64,000 bases of DNA from Octopus sinensis (taxonomy: Eukaryota). Positions 37,717-51,128 of this stretch are shown piece after piece. The position numbers and the translations under genes were made by a program. The stretch covers positions 142,104,001 to 142,168,000 of the forward strand of contig NC_042999.1 of NCBI RefSeq assembly GCF_006345805.1. The letters are read 5' to 3'. The notes under the pieces were generated by a model. That model saw only the letters and a list, made by a program, of their open reading frames with translations, had not been told where the DNA came from and made no database searches. The stretch's first letter is position 1, and the number at the start of each line of letters is the position of its first letter.

Positions 37717-37943
37717 GAATCCAGGAAAAAATGTCACGGGGCTTTTGTCCGGAGAGGGGTTTTCCGGGGGTGGGGGGTCCGAGGGGGTTGTCCAGGGGGG
37801 GGGGTGTCCAGGGGGAGGGTTGTCCGGGGGGATGGTTGTCCGGGTGGGGTCCCAATCCAATAAATTAATCGTGATTTTTTTTCCTAACCAAATTTGAGGC
37901 TTTATTACTGTGACTTTTTCCTGTGAGTTTATCACCGGTCACC
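37717..37943. mobile_element. G-tract-rich MITE-like element; second copy at 55841-56023
   Basis: Both run gaatccagg-aaaaa-gtcac ... repeated ggg(g)ttgtcc ... ctgtgacttt ... ccggtcacc. Confidence 0.55.
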
Positions 37944-38160
37944 AAATAATTAACAGTACTGGAGTGAATTTAATCTTTAAAACCAACTGATGAAAGCAAG
38001 ACATATTTTGGTTTATTACACTTAGACCTCAACGAAACATAATTCTACCTAGTTGGTATGACTACACGTAATCGTTATATATACGTACGTGTGTGTATAG
38101 AAATATATACATATCTTTGTATCTATAATAATGTTTGCTTATATCTGAAAGGTTACTCAA

Positions 38161-38307
38161 TACGTTCTGAGTTCAAATTCCGCCAAGGTCGACTTTGCCT
38201 TTCATCCTTTCGGGGTCGATAAATTAAGTACCAGTTGCGTACTGGGGTCGATCTAATCGACTGGCTCCCTCCCCCAAAATTTCGGGCTTTGTGCATAGAG
38301 TAGAAAA
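38161..38307 (+). mobile_element. SINE family 2, 5'-truncated
   Basis: Nin/Deu-like domain and tail. Confidence 0.75.
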
Positions 38308-38777
38308 TAATCTAACCAGAGCACGAGCTCTTTTTTATATAAAGCAACAGTAGTCAGGTATTCATGTTCAAATCTGCTATAACATTATTGTTTGGGTTCT
38401 CGCTGTTCTGCCAGCATCCCATGAATTATTAGGTCATTGCTATTTCCCTCGGATTCTAGCTTATTTTTCCTTTTCCTTTATGCTATCAAGAGTTACTTGT
38501 TTTCGCCAAAAACACACCGCAGCGCCAATTTCGTTTAAGCATTTCATCGCGCAGCCAGTTGTCTATCGACTGTCTTACTAGAGAGGAGACGGACAAAAGT
38601 TTTAATTAGACAGAAACCACACACGACAGAAATAAATAAGACAAGCAACGTGATATGAAACTGAAAAGATGAAGAATTCTGTTATCAGATAAAAGATAAC
38701 ATAGATTTGAATGAGATTTGAACTCAGCCATGATAGTGTTCAAACCATCTAGTCCAGTTATGTACGATATATTTCGA

Positions 38778-39491
38778 CTATTATTATTATTTATTAGTTT
38801 GTCCGTGGTTGTCAACGCTGATCAAGAACATTACATGGGAGGAGACGGGGCACAGCGTATCTGACTGTAGCCAGTCAGTCCGATGCATGCTTGGAAGGCT
38901 CTGCTGCAGGTCGGGCACTGGTCGTCTGTTGGAACTGTTGGCTCTGGACTTGCGAAGTTCACATTTTTTTTTTGTGCCCCTGCATCCTGTGATGTTCGCG
39001 GGAGGTAACACCACTGTCCGTGCAGCTTCGCCAGGTAGGGCGTCTTGTGCTAGCATTTCCCAGGAGTCGGGAATTGATCTCAAAGCTCTTCAGTAAGGCT
39101 TTGAGTATCCTTGAAGTGCTTTGTTTGTCCAGCTTGCGTGCACTTGTCTTGTATCAGCTCGCTGTAAAGCAGTCTCTTGCGGAGTCGTGTGTCAGACATT
39201 CGAACAAAGTGACCGGCCCACCAGACTCGCGCTCTCCTCAGCAGTGTATAAATGTTTATCAAATCAGCTCGCGAGGGAACCTCCGTGCCTGTCTTGCCAA
39301 ATGAATTTCAACAGCTTTCTAAGGCATTTCATGGGAGAGCGGTTTAACTTTTTGGCGTAACGTTCATAAACCGTCGAAGTCTCACAGGCGTACAGTAGCA
39401 TTGGCTGTACAAGTGCTTTGTATACCTTCAACTTGGTGGCCAGCCTAATGCCTCTCGTCTCCCACACAGATTCATTTCGACCATTACTGTT

Positions 39492-39492
<1 letters not shown>
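38778..39492 (-). mobile_element. RTE/BovB-like LINE 3' fragment, decayed
   Basis: VWETRGIRLATKLKVYKA...LLYACET; WAGHFVRMSDTRL..RLLYSEL; (TAA)n tail at 38778-38797. Confidence 0.88.
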
Positions 39493-39552
<60 letters not shown>

Positions 39553-40063
39553 GGAGGAAGAATTGGCAAAGGAGAAGAACAAAGGAAGAACATATGAAGG
39601 GGCTGATATATTTAGAGAGGTCATGTAAGTTCTAGAATTATTATTCTGCATGTTAAGAGTACTTGTAGTAGTGGCAGTAAAGACGGTGGTGGTGCTATAT
39701 CCTGAAAGTATTCTCGCCAATTACAATCTTTGACACGCTTGTTGCTTACAGTGAGCATCATCTAATCTCACTCTTGTCAAAACAAAGATGTTTAAGAAAG
39801 CTCATTCTCACAAACACCAGCTGTCAATGTTTCACCAAGAATAGAATGAATGAACGGTATAAAAAAGAAATTATAAAAGTACAGTTTATAGAGACAAAAT
39901 ATATGTGAAGAAGTCTAGTTGAGAAAGACGGAAGGAAATGGTCATGGCAAATTAGCCTGACACTGAGTGGCACCGATTTGTTTGGTCATCAAAGAATTCA
40001 GTTGTTGGCGGACAAGTGATTTTGTTTCAGCCTTTCGGCTGTGACAATGCTGCGCGTCATATA

Positions 40064-40274
40064 TAGGAAGGCGTGGAAGTGCGGTAAGAAGCTTACTTCC
40101 TTCCAACCATATGGTTTCGGGTTCAGTCCTATTGCATGGCACTTTGGGTAGAGTTAACTGTCATTAAAAGAACAGGCTTATTGTGGGAAGATAAGACAGT
40201 CGTGGATACATGTTTCTGCCACAGTAGGCATCATCAGTGGGTCTTGTAGACGGAAACTGATAGAAGCCCGTCGT
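40064..40274 (+). mobile_element. SINE family 1 head whose middle is replaced by an antisense HHR-bearing segment (family D)
   Basis: SINE text breaks at ggcactttggg and resumes at tagacggaaactg; the insert is homologous to about 41113-41204. Confidence 0.65.
40202..40240 (-). ncRNA. Hammerhead-like motif, family D, stem I disrupted
   Basis: CUGAUGA-UGCC(UACUGU)GGCA-GAA-ACAUGU-A; only 1 bp of stem I. Confidence 0.45.
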
Positions 40275-40289
40275 ATATATATATATATA

Positions 40290-40701
40290 GGCACAGGAGT
40301 GGCTGTGTGGTAAGTAGCTTGCTTACCAATCACATGGTTCCGGGTCCAGTCCCACTGCATGGCACTTTGGGCAAGTGTCTTCTACTATAGCCTCGGGCCG
40401 ACCAAAGCCTTGTGAGTGGATTTAGTAGCCGGAAACTGAAAGAAGCTCGTCGTATATATGTATATATGTGTGTGTCTGTGTGTGTGTGTGCGCGCGCGCG
40501 CGAGCTAGTGTGTTTGTGTTTGTTCCTACCACCGCTTGACACCCCCGTAACTTAGCGGTTCGGCAAAAGAGAGCGATAGAATACGTACCAGGCTTAAAAA
40601 AAAAGAAAGTACTGGGAGTCGATTCATTCGACTAAGTCCTTTCAACGCGGTGTCTTAGTATGGCTGTAGTCTAATGGCTAAAATACTAAAACTAGTAAAA
40701 G
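40290..40701 (+). mobile_element. SINE family 1, full length with partly deleted 3' half
   Basis: Well-preserved head, internal (TA)/(TG)/(CG) tract, diverged tail. Confidence 0.8.
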
Positions 40702-41165
40702 ATTATATATATATATATATATAAATCGAAGATAAAACAAAAAGAATAAAAGAATAAAAACAAAAACAACAAAAGACAAAAGGGCGTGCACAGTGAATTA
40801 TTAGGTTGACGCTCTGTTTAAGATAGAAAAAAAGAAGAGGTGTGACGTTTCGAGCATGACTCTTAGTCAGAAAGAAGAGAGGGAAGGTCCAGAGAGAAGG
40901 AAAGAAAAGTATAAAAAAAGCAAGTCTGCGGTTATATGACAGAGACAGGCAGACAACATAAATATAGATATATTAAATATCATACAACATAAACTTCTGC
41001 TTTACTAGAATTATCTCCGCCTCAAGAGGATGTATTATAATTATCAAATGACGATTAAGACCAGCTACATTTTAGAAGGGAAGACAATCTCATGAGTCAA
41101 GAATTCTCCAAAGTTGACTGCCATTAAGGAAAAGGACAGGCTAATTATCTGAAGATAAGACAGTC

Positions 41166-41204
41166 GTGGTTACGAGTTTCTGCCTCACTAGGCGTCATCA
41201 GCAC
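41166..41204 (-). ncRNA. Hammerhead-like motif, family D, degenerate
   Basis: CUGAUGA-CGCC(UAGUGA)GGCA-GAA-ACUCGU-A; stem I unpaired. Confidence 0.4.
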
Positions 41205-41811
41205 AGCTGTTGTCCAACCCTGTAGCCAAAGAACTTACACTTATACAAAACAGATTACTGCTAAATATATCATATGCGCGCGCACATTTGCTGGCAGCCA
41301 AGGAAGATTGGTACTTAGTTGTATATAACAAAAGCTTAATAATTCTTTTTTTTATTATAATTTTATCTTTATTTTTTACTTTTTCTGGTGGTTTATGACC
41401 AAATTTTGATAACCAAGTAGATAACTAATTGCTTTAATTTGATTTTACTTAATTTTGTTTTATTTGATTATATTTATCTACTTATCTACTTTCGTTTTAA
41501 TATGTTCATAAAAATGGGCATTCTGACATCTGGAAGGGGGTGCAACCTTGATAAATATATCTCAAGGCAATTAATAGACAACCTAGCTAACTATTTACGT
41601 CCCATAAAATGATCTGGCGAGAAATCTAATTCATTATGTTACAACACAACTATATATGTGCATCTATTTGTATATTTATATGTATGTAGGACGCCTTAAC
41701 GTCGGTCATGTAGCTGGATACAGATTATGAAACAGCTGTCAACAAATAGAATAAATATTTCATCTCTCACTGAATTTTGGTAAATTATAAACCTCCGTGT
41801 GTGTGTGTGTG

Positions 41812-41850
<39 letters not shown>

Positions 41851-42629
41851 TGTATGCATGTGTGTGTATATCTATCTATATGCATATATACACACATACT
41901 CACACACACATACACACACACACATGTACATATAAAGCGTTTTATTTGATAATATCTATAAGATACATTATTGACCCTTAGAATAAATATTGGTGTGTGT
42001 GTGTGTGTGTGTGGTGTGTGTGTGTGTGTGTGTGTGTTTACTTTAATGTCAGGTAATAAATATATCCTTGGTTATGGCATGTAACCAGTTAGAAAGTTAC
42101 CATTGTTTTCGCGTCTTACACTAGGCAATATAGACGACATCCGCTTTATCACCCTCTTCATTCGGACTTCGCAAGTACATTTGTGGATTTACACTTTTTA
42201 TATATTTATATTTATGAATTTTTATGTGTTCATAAATTTTTATATGTGTATGAATTTTTATATATTTAAAGATGTTCGTATACATCTATGTATTTATAAA
42301 TTCTTAGAAATTTTTTATATATAACATATAGATGAATGCATCTATGTATGTACTTTGTATACCATGGAGAATTTCGTTAATATGGATTGAAAGAATATAT
42401 ACATCGGCCTTAGAATTTTTTCCTCTCCTATTATATATATATATATATATATATACCATATATATATACATATATACATATATACATATATACATATATA
42501 TATACATATATATATATAGACATATATATATACATATATATACACACACATATATATATATATATATAATATATATATTATATATTATATATATATAGCA
42601 TTATATATATATATGTATATATATGTTAT

Positions 42630-42666
<37 letters not shown>

Positions 42667-42749
42667 GTTATATATATATATATATATATATGTATATAAT
42701 ATATTATATATATATTATATAATATTATCTTATATATATGTATAATATA

Positions 42750-42801
<52 letters not shown>

Positions 42802-42806
42802 GTATT

Positions 42807-42840
<34 letters not shown>

Positions 42841-43397
42841 TGTATGTATGTATGTATACATACACACGCACGCACACAGTCGGAAAATATAAAGTCAGAG
42901 ACATCTTTCTGGATTCGAACTCGAGATTCAGTGTTGTAATACATTCCGACAGATATCGTTATCATGTCTTCATTTTACGTTCTTACTTGCTTTCCTCTTC
43001 CTTTATGGCTATCACTCTTTCCTTCTTTCTTTCTTTCTTTCCTTCCTTCCTTCTCTCGGAAAGCGTGTTTGTCAGATTGGCAGGCCTTATACGGTTCGAA
43101 TGGTGAGAGTAGATCTTGCTCATTGCTGTAGTAGTTGTTACTGTGTGTGTGTGTTGCGCGCACGCACCGCATTACAAATAGGTAGTGGTTTTGCGTGCAT
43201 GTGCATAAGAGACAAAAAGAAGAGGGAGAGAGGAAGAGAGGGAGGGAGAGAGAGAGAGAGCGACAGCGAGAATGAGAAGAGAGAGCGTTCTTAGAAACCT
43301 GATACTTGCAGTATATATTTACACAGCATGATACGAGATTGGAATATATGTTGTCTGTCTGTCAGTTTGTCGGTCTTTATCTTTTTATCTCATCTTT

Positions 43398-43444
<47 letters not shown>

Positions 43445-45079
43445 GTAGTTTGTTATTTCTCTCTTCACTCTCTTATTTTCCCTTTCTCTCTAACGTGACC
43501 AAAATCTCAACCCTGCTTGTTATCATTTATAACATCACTGTCCCTCTCAACATCATCATCCCTGCTTGACGATACCCTAATGAAAGATAACAGCTAATAT
43601 GCCCAAGGTCAGCCCTATTCTTCCTTCTAAAGATGAAGTGTCGTGGCCAGAACTAGGATTCTAAATTGTCCCGAATCGCTGGGAACCATTCCTAGTCTAT
43701 TGCGTACCGCGGAGGTTCACTAGTTGCACAGAATAATATATCAATTTCTTAAATTTGCACAAGATTACAAATTAATGAAGGTGAGATATAGTCGTTTGAA
43801 CCATGCAAAATATAATTTACAAACTAAATACTGTAATGCGATTTGGTCCGTTTTCTGGGGAGGGAAAAAAAGCTTAGTAAGAAGAGAAAGAGCAGCACGC
43901 ATTTTCCTTTTGCGTTGCCTTTCAGAGTAATCTGAGGAAGGTACGGAGTCGTCTTTAGACTTATCCCAAATATTTTAAACATAGTGGACGCCACTAAAGG
44001 TACTAAGGAAGCAAGTAATGGTGTTAAACTTGCGTCGGATTAAGTCTTATAACTCAATAACAAGAACGGGTCAGATTCAATCAACTATATTTCGTTTGCA
44101 AAGATTTACTTCACCCGAGGCTAGGCTAAGAATATATATATATAACAAAAAAGATATTTGCCCAACCACATAATGACGAAGCGATCTTCTTAAGCACACA
44201 GCCGGTTCCAGCGTCCCCGGCTTAATCTGTCTCCCAGTTTAACACTTCGACTGAGTGTCTCTAGCAGAGTCTCTATTCTGTTGCAAGAATTCAGGCTTGG
44301 TCAAGTTTTGGTATTACTTTCCTTCAACCAGTCTCGGAGAGCCCTGTGAACGGTCATGGGCACAGCCTTGCGTCCCGACAAAAAGAATTTAAAAAAAATT
44401 CTCTACTATTTAGTCGGGTATCGATTTTTAACATTGTCACAAGTCATATATTCTGGCGAAACGGAATAATCAATTAAATTGACTCAAGTACTTGACATAT
44501 TTAATATGTCCACTACAGAAGAAGGAAAGGTAAACTTAAATGGCAGGACTTGATCTTAGAACTTAAAATGACAACTAAATACCGCAGGGAATATTACACT
44601 GTCAGGATTTTAAGAGATAATATCATGATACTCTCTGTTTTGTAATACATTAATGATATTCTTTCATGAATTTTAGAAGTCAGTATATTAATAATATTTC
44701 CACTGAAGGTTCTTGTTACAAAATAATGCAAATCCCTACATTCTTATAGCATCTGTTTATAGTTGAGGAGACTTATAGCCATTGAAAGTTACATGTCTGC
44801 CATGGATGCAGTGCAAGTCTAAAAATACTTCGACTAAATGCTCACCTCCCTAAGGAAGGTACTCATTGATAATGCAAGCCCTGAACTAGATAACACAAAA
44901 CACCCGAGATAGCTTTATATTTGCCAAATTCTCTTTCCTTCTGAAAAAATGTAAAATTTCTCTCATAATCACTATGTCTAAAATGCGAAAGCAGTGAGAA
45001 CTGGAAATTTAATAACCTCCGTAAATGTGTGTGTATAAATGTATACCTATCTGTATATACACAAGCGCGCACGCATGCA

Positions 45080-45119
<40 letters not shown>

Positions 45120-46167
45120 TTGTTTTCTCTTAATCTTGCCCCCCCCCCAAAAAAAGACTATGCTTCACCGAGGAGGTCTAATAAACACCAAGCATGTCCG
45201 TTGCTTTCACTCTAAAGAGCAGATCCACTTCAATTAACAGTATTTTTCTAGTTTAAAATGTTCGATCAACTGATTTTACTGAATTTATCTACCTTGCTTA
45301 TATATATTTAAATTTTAGATATTCATAGAAGCTTTTGTCTTCTAATTACTTTGATAATCTCCGTTAACGAAAGTCTTTCAACAGACTATATTATGTATGT
45401 AAGACATTAAACCCTTTTAGCGAAATTGATGCCCAGGTTCCATCTATTTATTTTCGTGATCGAATACTTTCCTTTTTTAAATACCGAAATATTAGGGCAT
45501 TCTTTTCCTGACCTCTTACTTTTAAACACATGAAGCCCGTGTGCCTTTTTTTTAACGGAATACTAAGGTTTTTTTTTTAAGTAAAGCAATCATGACCTAA
45601 CTAAAGTAATCGTGAGCCCCTATGTTTTGGATCGACCTAATAGAAATAGCATCCAAATTTCCCTCAGGTGATACTCTATAGCCTTAAAAGTAAAAGTACT
45701 TATCATAATGTATAGTGATGAGAAGAACGTCTTTGACTGTATGCCAGGTTAACCTAAGCAGCGCAAACTGCAACACTAAACAGGAGGTCCATTGATCTAG
45801 TTTTATTACCGAGAACTTTTGTTTTTAGATGCTGAAATATGAAGATGCTCACTTATTTGATCGATACCTTTTAACGGATGAAGACACTGCCATCATTAAT
45901 AAAAAATCTACCTTAGCTAAAAGAAAATCCAACACAAGCCAAGGTGGAAACCGATGTTTAGGAGTTTCTTGAGAAATTTTTGACAGACATCAGTGAATCA
46001 TTTTTTTTTTTTTGCCACCAAAGATCATTAATAAAGAGTGACGAAGAAATAAATAAATTTTATAGTTGCATACATAACCCCCCGCCAAAAGAAAAAGAAA
46101 GAAAGAGAGAAAAGAAAAATCTAATTCAATATCCTCGTAATAATTCCTATTATTTCATTATATAAAA

Positions 46168-48250
46168 CTAGCGGTATCTCCCGGCGTTGCTCGGGTTTGT
46201 AAGGGAAATAACTATATAAGCATTTTTAGAGAGTTATAGCAAAAAAATAGCAAAAAAAAGCATTAAAAATGGAATAAAAAATTATGGTAATTTTTTTTTT
46301 AATCGTTGACTCATCGTAGACATTTTTAGAGAGTTACTTCCCTTATATAATAGCGAAAAAATGCATTAACATGGAAAAAATGATGGTAATTTTTTTTTTA
46401 AATCGTAGACTCATCGTAGACGCGCGCTAATACCCAGAAGGGCTCGATATGAATCACGACTATAAGATACCCGGTTTTTTGTTAAACTGCACCGCAAAAA
46501 ATGTGGGAGTAGTTAGGAATCTAAATCGTAGGAGACAGACACACAACTTGACTTTTATATATAAAGATTTGTGCAACAACTAAAACATTCGATTGTGCAA
46601 ATTGTTTGCACAGGAAACCTGCCCTGTGTGGAGGTTTTTGCCGTTTTTGTGGATCTGTTTCAGCTTTTTTAGCGATTTCTGATTTGGCGACTTCAAGCCA
46701 TGAAGTCGTTGTTCTAAAAGAACGCTGGTCTCCTTGACAACGCTTTACGACGTTGATTTCCCTACCCTGCCTTCCCCACAGTTTCACGAGGAAGGGAAGA
46801 AGGGGAGGAGCTACACAGGTGCAGGTGCGAGCATGAACGCCAACGCCGCCACCGACACACGAAAAAATTGGAAGAACCCAGACGACAGCTTCAGCCACCA
46901 CCACCACTACCACCACGACCAACACCATCACCACTACCACCATGACCACCACCACCACTACGCCCATGACCATCACCACCACCATCACGAAGACCACCAC
47001 GACCACCACCACCACCACCATCATCACCACGACCATGACCACCACCATCATCACCACCCCCACCCCCCACCACCACCAACAACAACAACAACACCACCAC
47101 CACCACCACAAACACGACGACCACTACGACCACAACCACCATCACCACTACCAGCACCACCGCCACCACCGCCACCACCGCCACCACCACCGCTGCCACT
47201 ACCACCGCCTCCACCACCACCATACTATGCCTCTGCTCTCTCCTTTTGGCTACTAAATCCATTACCATATTTCACAAGTACCATCGCCATACAATATTGC
47301 CTTCAAAAGTTTGTGTTTGGATAATACTTTTTAAGTAAAAGTTGTGCAACAACTATAACATTCGGTTGTGCAAATTATTTGCACGGGAAACCTTCCCTGT
47401 GTGGCGTGTTTCCCGTTTTTGTAGAATTTGCTTTCGGGCTTTCTTAGCCATTTCTGTTTTGGTGTCTTCAAGCCATGAAGTCATTGTTCTAAAAGAACGC
47501 TGGTCTCCTTGACAACGCTTTACGACGTTGATTTCCTTACACTCCCTTCCCCACAGCTTCACGAGGGAGGGAAGAAGGGGGAGAAGCAAACACAGGTGCA
47601 GGTGTGAGCATGGACGCCAGCTCCGCCGCCATCGACACACGAAAAAATATGCGTTAAAATGGAAAAAATTATGGTAAATTATTTTAAAAATCGTAGACTC
47701 ATCGTAGACGCGCGCTAATACCCAGACGGGCTCGATATGAATCACGACTATAAGATACCCAAATTTGGTTAAACTGCACCGCAAAATGTGGGAGTAGTTA
47801 GGAATCTAAATCGTAGGAGACAGACACTCACACAACTTCACTTTTATATATATACTAGCAGTATCGCCCGGCGTTGCTCGGGTTTGTAAGGGAAATAACT
47901 ATATAAGCATTTTTAGAGAGTTATAGCCAAAAAATAGCAAAAAAATGCATTAAAAATGGAAAAAAAATGATGGTAATTTTTTTTTTAAATCGTTGACTTA
48001 TCTTAGACGTTTTTAGAGAGTGACTTCCCTTATATAATAGCGAAAAGTGCATTAAAATGGAAAAAATGATGGTAAATTATTTTAAAAATCGTAGACTCAT
48101 CGTAGACGCGCGCTAATACCCAGGAGGGCTCGATATGAATCACGACTATAAGATACCCAGTTTTGGTTAAACTGCACCGCAAAATGTGGGAATAGTTAGG
48201 AATCTAAATCGTAGGAGACAGACACACAACCTTACTTTTATATATAAAGA
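46168..48250 (-). mobile_element. Composite Helitron array: type B (46168-46567), long central segment (46568-46870), (CAC)n tract, extended type A lacking a terminator (47341-47854), type B (47855-48250)
   Basis: CTAG plus hairpin at 46168 and 47855; TCTTTATATATAAAAG 5' ends at 46567 and 48250. Confidence 0.8.
46885..47225. repeat. Degenerate (CAC/CCA)n trinucleotide low-complexity tract
   Basis: Directly visible; source of the poly-His, poly-Pro, poly-Thr and poly-Val ORFs. Confidence 0.95.
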
Positions 48251-48257
48251 AGATATA

Positions 48258-48476
48258 CTCTTTACTCTTTTAATTTTTTCAGTCATTTGACTGTGGCCAT
48301 GCTGGAACACCGCATTTAGTCGAGCAAATCGCCCCCCCAGGACTTATTCTTTGGAAGCCTAGTACTTATTCTATCGGTATTCTTTTGCCGAACCGCTAAG
48401 TTACGGGGACGTAAATACACCAGCATCGGTTGTCAAGCGATGTTGGGAGGACAAACGCAGGCACACAAACACACAC
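48258..48476 (-). mobile_element. SINE family 1, 3' half
   Basis: Family tail motif. Confidence 0.75.
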
Positions 48477-48495
48477 ATATATATATATATATATA

Positions 48496-48816
48496 AAGAC
48501 TCCGCCGGTTACGACGACGAGGGTCCCAGCTGATACGATCAACGGAACAGCTTGCTCGTGAAATTAACGTGCAAATGGCTGAGCATTCCACAGACACGTG
48601 TACCCTTAACGTAGTTCTCGGGGATAATCAGCGTGACACAGAGAGTGACAAGGCTGACCCTTTGAAATACAAGTACAACTCATTTTTGCCAGCTGAGTGG
48701 ACTGGAGCAACGTGAAATAAAGTGTCTTGCTCAAGGACACACGCGTCGCCGGAATCGACTCACAACCTTACGATCATGAGCCGAATGCCCTAACCACTAA
48801 GCCACGCGCCCTCACC
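48496..48816 (-). mobile_element. tRNA-derived SINE family 3, near full length
   Basis: Minus strand: gagggcgcgTGGCTTAGTGGttaggg (A box), gtgagtcgattcc (B-box-like), gtccttgagcaagacacttta body. Confidence 0.75.
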
Positions 48817-48868
48817 ATATATATATATATATATTGGAAGGTTTGGAGATGATGTACAGGTATTATAT

Positions 48869-49141
48869 ATTAGAAGAAATGAGGTAATCAGAAGATCGGA
48901 TGGTTCATGTTTATAGATATTTATTTATATATTACATTTTTTACATATATATATCATATCATTCAGATCATATCATTCAGATTATTAGCGCTTTCTCCTA
49001 TTCTATTGGGGTTTTCAAATCAAATTAATTTGATATATTATATCTGAATGATATGATATATATATGTAAAAAATGTAATATATAAATAAATATCTATAAA
49101 TATGAACCATCCGATCTTCTGATTACCTCATTTCTTCTAAT
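48869..49141. repeat. Fold-back: 100-bp arms (1 mismatch seen), 73-bp spacer
   Basis: 48869-48968 versus the reverse complement of 49042-49141. Confidence 0.92.
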
Positions 49142-49165
49142 AATATATATATATATATATATATA

Positions 49166-49419
49166 TACAAAATAAGAAAATGGAGAAATATATCTAAATC
49201 AATAATCAACTACCAGATAATGCCCAATCATATACTTTATTAAACCACTACATAAGAACATTAAGGTCAAACATAATAATATAGAACAAAACAGTGTACA
49301 TGAAGGAGTAATATGATACAATAAGTACAATATGCAGTGGTTTAATAAATTATGTGATTGAGTATTATCTGGTAGTTGATAATTGATTTAGATATATTTC
49401 TCCATTTTCTTATTTTGTA
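49166..49419. repeat. Fold-back: 88-bp imperfect arms, 78-bp spacer
   Basis: tacaaaataagaaaatggagaaatatatctaaatcaa... versus ...ttgatttagatatatttctccattttcttattttgta. Confidence 0.9.
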
Positions 49420-49617
49420 TTATTAATTTGTGGTAAATCATTTTACCTTTGCCCATATAATACAGTAAATGGATTAATTGCATTGCAATTCTTAACATTT
49501 ATGTTATTAACTTTGTTGGGTACTTCACTAGCAGTATATTGGATATATGTTATCCCATGGAGGGTTGCACTTACAACCCCTATCTCAATTTGTATATATA
49601 GATAGATGGAGATATAG

Positions 49618-49701
<84 letters not shown>

Positions 49702-49751
49702 ATCTATTTACCTATCTATCTATCTACCTATCTATCTATCTACCTACCTAC

Positions 49752-49833
<82 letters not shown>

Positions 49834-49947
49834 CCTCTCTCTCTCCCTCTCTCTCTCTCTATTTATCTATCTATCTTCCTATCTATCTCCCTCCTCTCTC
49901 TATTACATGAACTCTACTAATTCCTTCTATTGCAGCTCCTTTAACTC

Positions 49948-49995
49948 GTCTCTGATGATGGAATATCATTTATGCCCCAGAAACAACTGTATGAC
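49948..49995 (+). ncRNA. Degenerate hammerhead motif, family B-like
   Basis: GUCU-CUGAUGA-UGG..CCA-GAA-ACAACUGU-A-UGAC; canonical core, mismatches in stems I and III. Confidence 0.5.
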
Positions 49996-50119
49996 CACCT
50001 TTCTATTTATAAAGATTGTAGGAAACTCAAATTACCTTGACCGCGTTATCCTATTTCATTTAACACACACACACACACACACAATATGTATAATATTACA
50101 TCACTTCATATCATATATA

Positions 50120-50291
50120 CAGGGTGCAATGGGTAAATTGTCACCATTTTACGGCTTTAATTTCGCGCATGCGCATTGCTTGCTTTTGATTTTGTCGACT
50201 ACACAGTATAGTAGGGTCCGTTGGGCACCATGACGCAATTCACTCTGCCAGAAATTTGGAAATTTAATTGCTGTACTGCTTGGCATTCACG

Positions 50292-50294
<3 letters not shown>
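50120..50294 (+). mobile_element. Tc1/mariner 5' end with start of the transposase ORF
   Basis: TA|CAGGGTG terminus; ATG at 50230 (MTQFTLPEIWK), then a frameshift; truncated by (TG)n. Confidence 0.65.
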
Positions 50295-50355
<61 letters not shown>

Positions 50356-50743
50356 ATGTGTGTGTATGCATGTATGTTTATGTATGTATGTGTGTGAGTA
50401 TGTATATGCATGTGTATGTTTGTCTGCATGTATGTTTATGTGTATGTATGTATGTATGTATGTATGTCCTATTTTTGTCCCGCAGGGTGTTCAACAAGCA
50501 CCCACCTCACCAAGCAAGACTGGTGGGGTCTTCTCCTTCTTCTTCTTCTTCTTCTTGATATTGAATATCAAATATTAAGGGACTAGTATACTTTCATGCG
50601 TTATAGCAGTTTTCAAGGCCCCAGGTTGTGACAGGAGTGTTTCAACTGTGTATGTATATATATATATATATATATGTAGGTCCCGGGTTGAGTCGGGGTT
50701 AACCACAGTAAATAAGGTACTCAATACATAGCAGAGTAAATTA

Positions 50744-51128
<385 letters not shown>

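Noticed and set aside
40843-40873. Functional family-C hammerhead
   Set aside because: Core is CUGACUA (G8 lost) and stem I does not pair; treated as a dead relic.
45405-45425. piggyBac-like TTAA-CCCTTT end
   Set aside because: Imperfect (ttaaacccttt), unpaired and far from the transposase fragment.
45829-45943. Candidate exon MLKYEDAHLFDRYLLTDEDTAIINKK...
   Set aside because: Reasonable acceptor but weak donor (gtggaa), no homology recognised and no compatible neighbouring exon.
46521-47324. 196-aa His/Pro/Thr/Val-rich ORFs on both strands
   Set aside because: They are translations of a (CAC)n low-complexity tract plus Helitron sequence, open in several frames at once, with no splice or domain support.
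48740-48816. tRNA gene
   Set aside because: A and B boxes are present but continue into a SINE body, and no complete cloverleaf is evident; the same applies to the other SINE heads.
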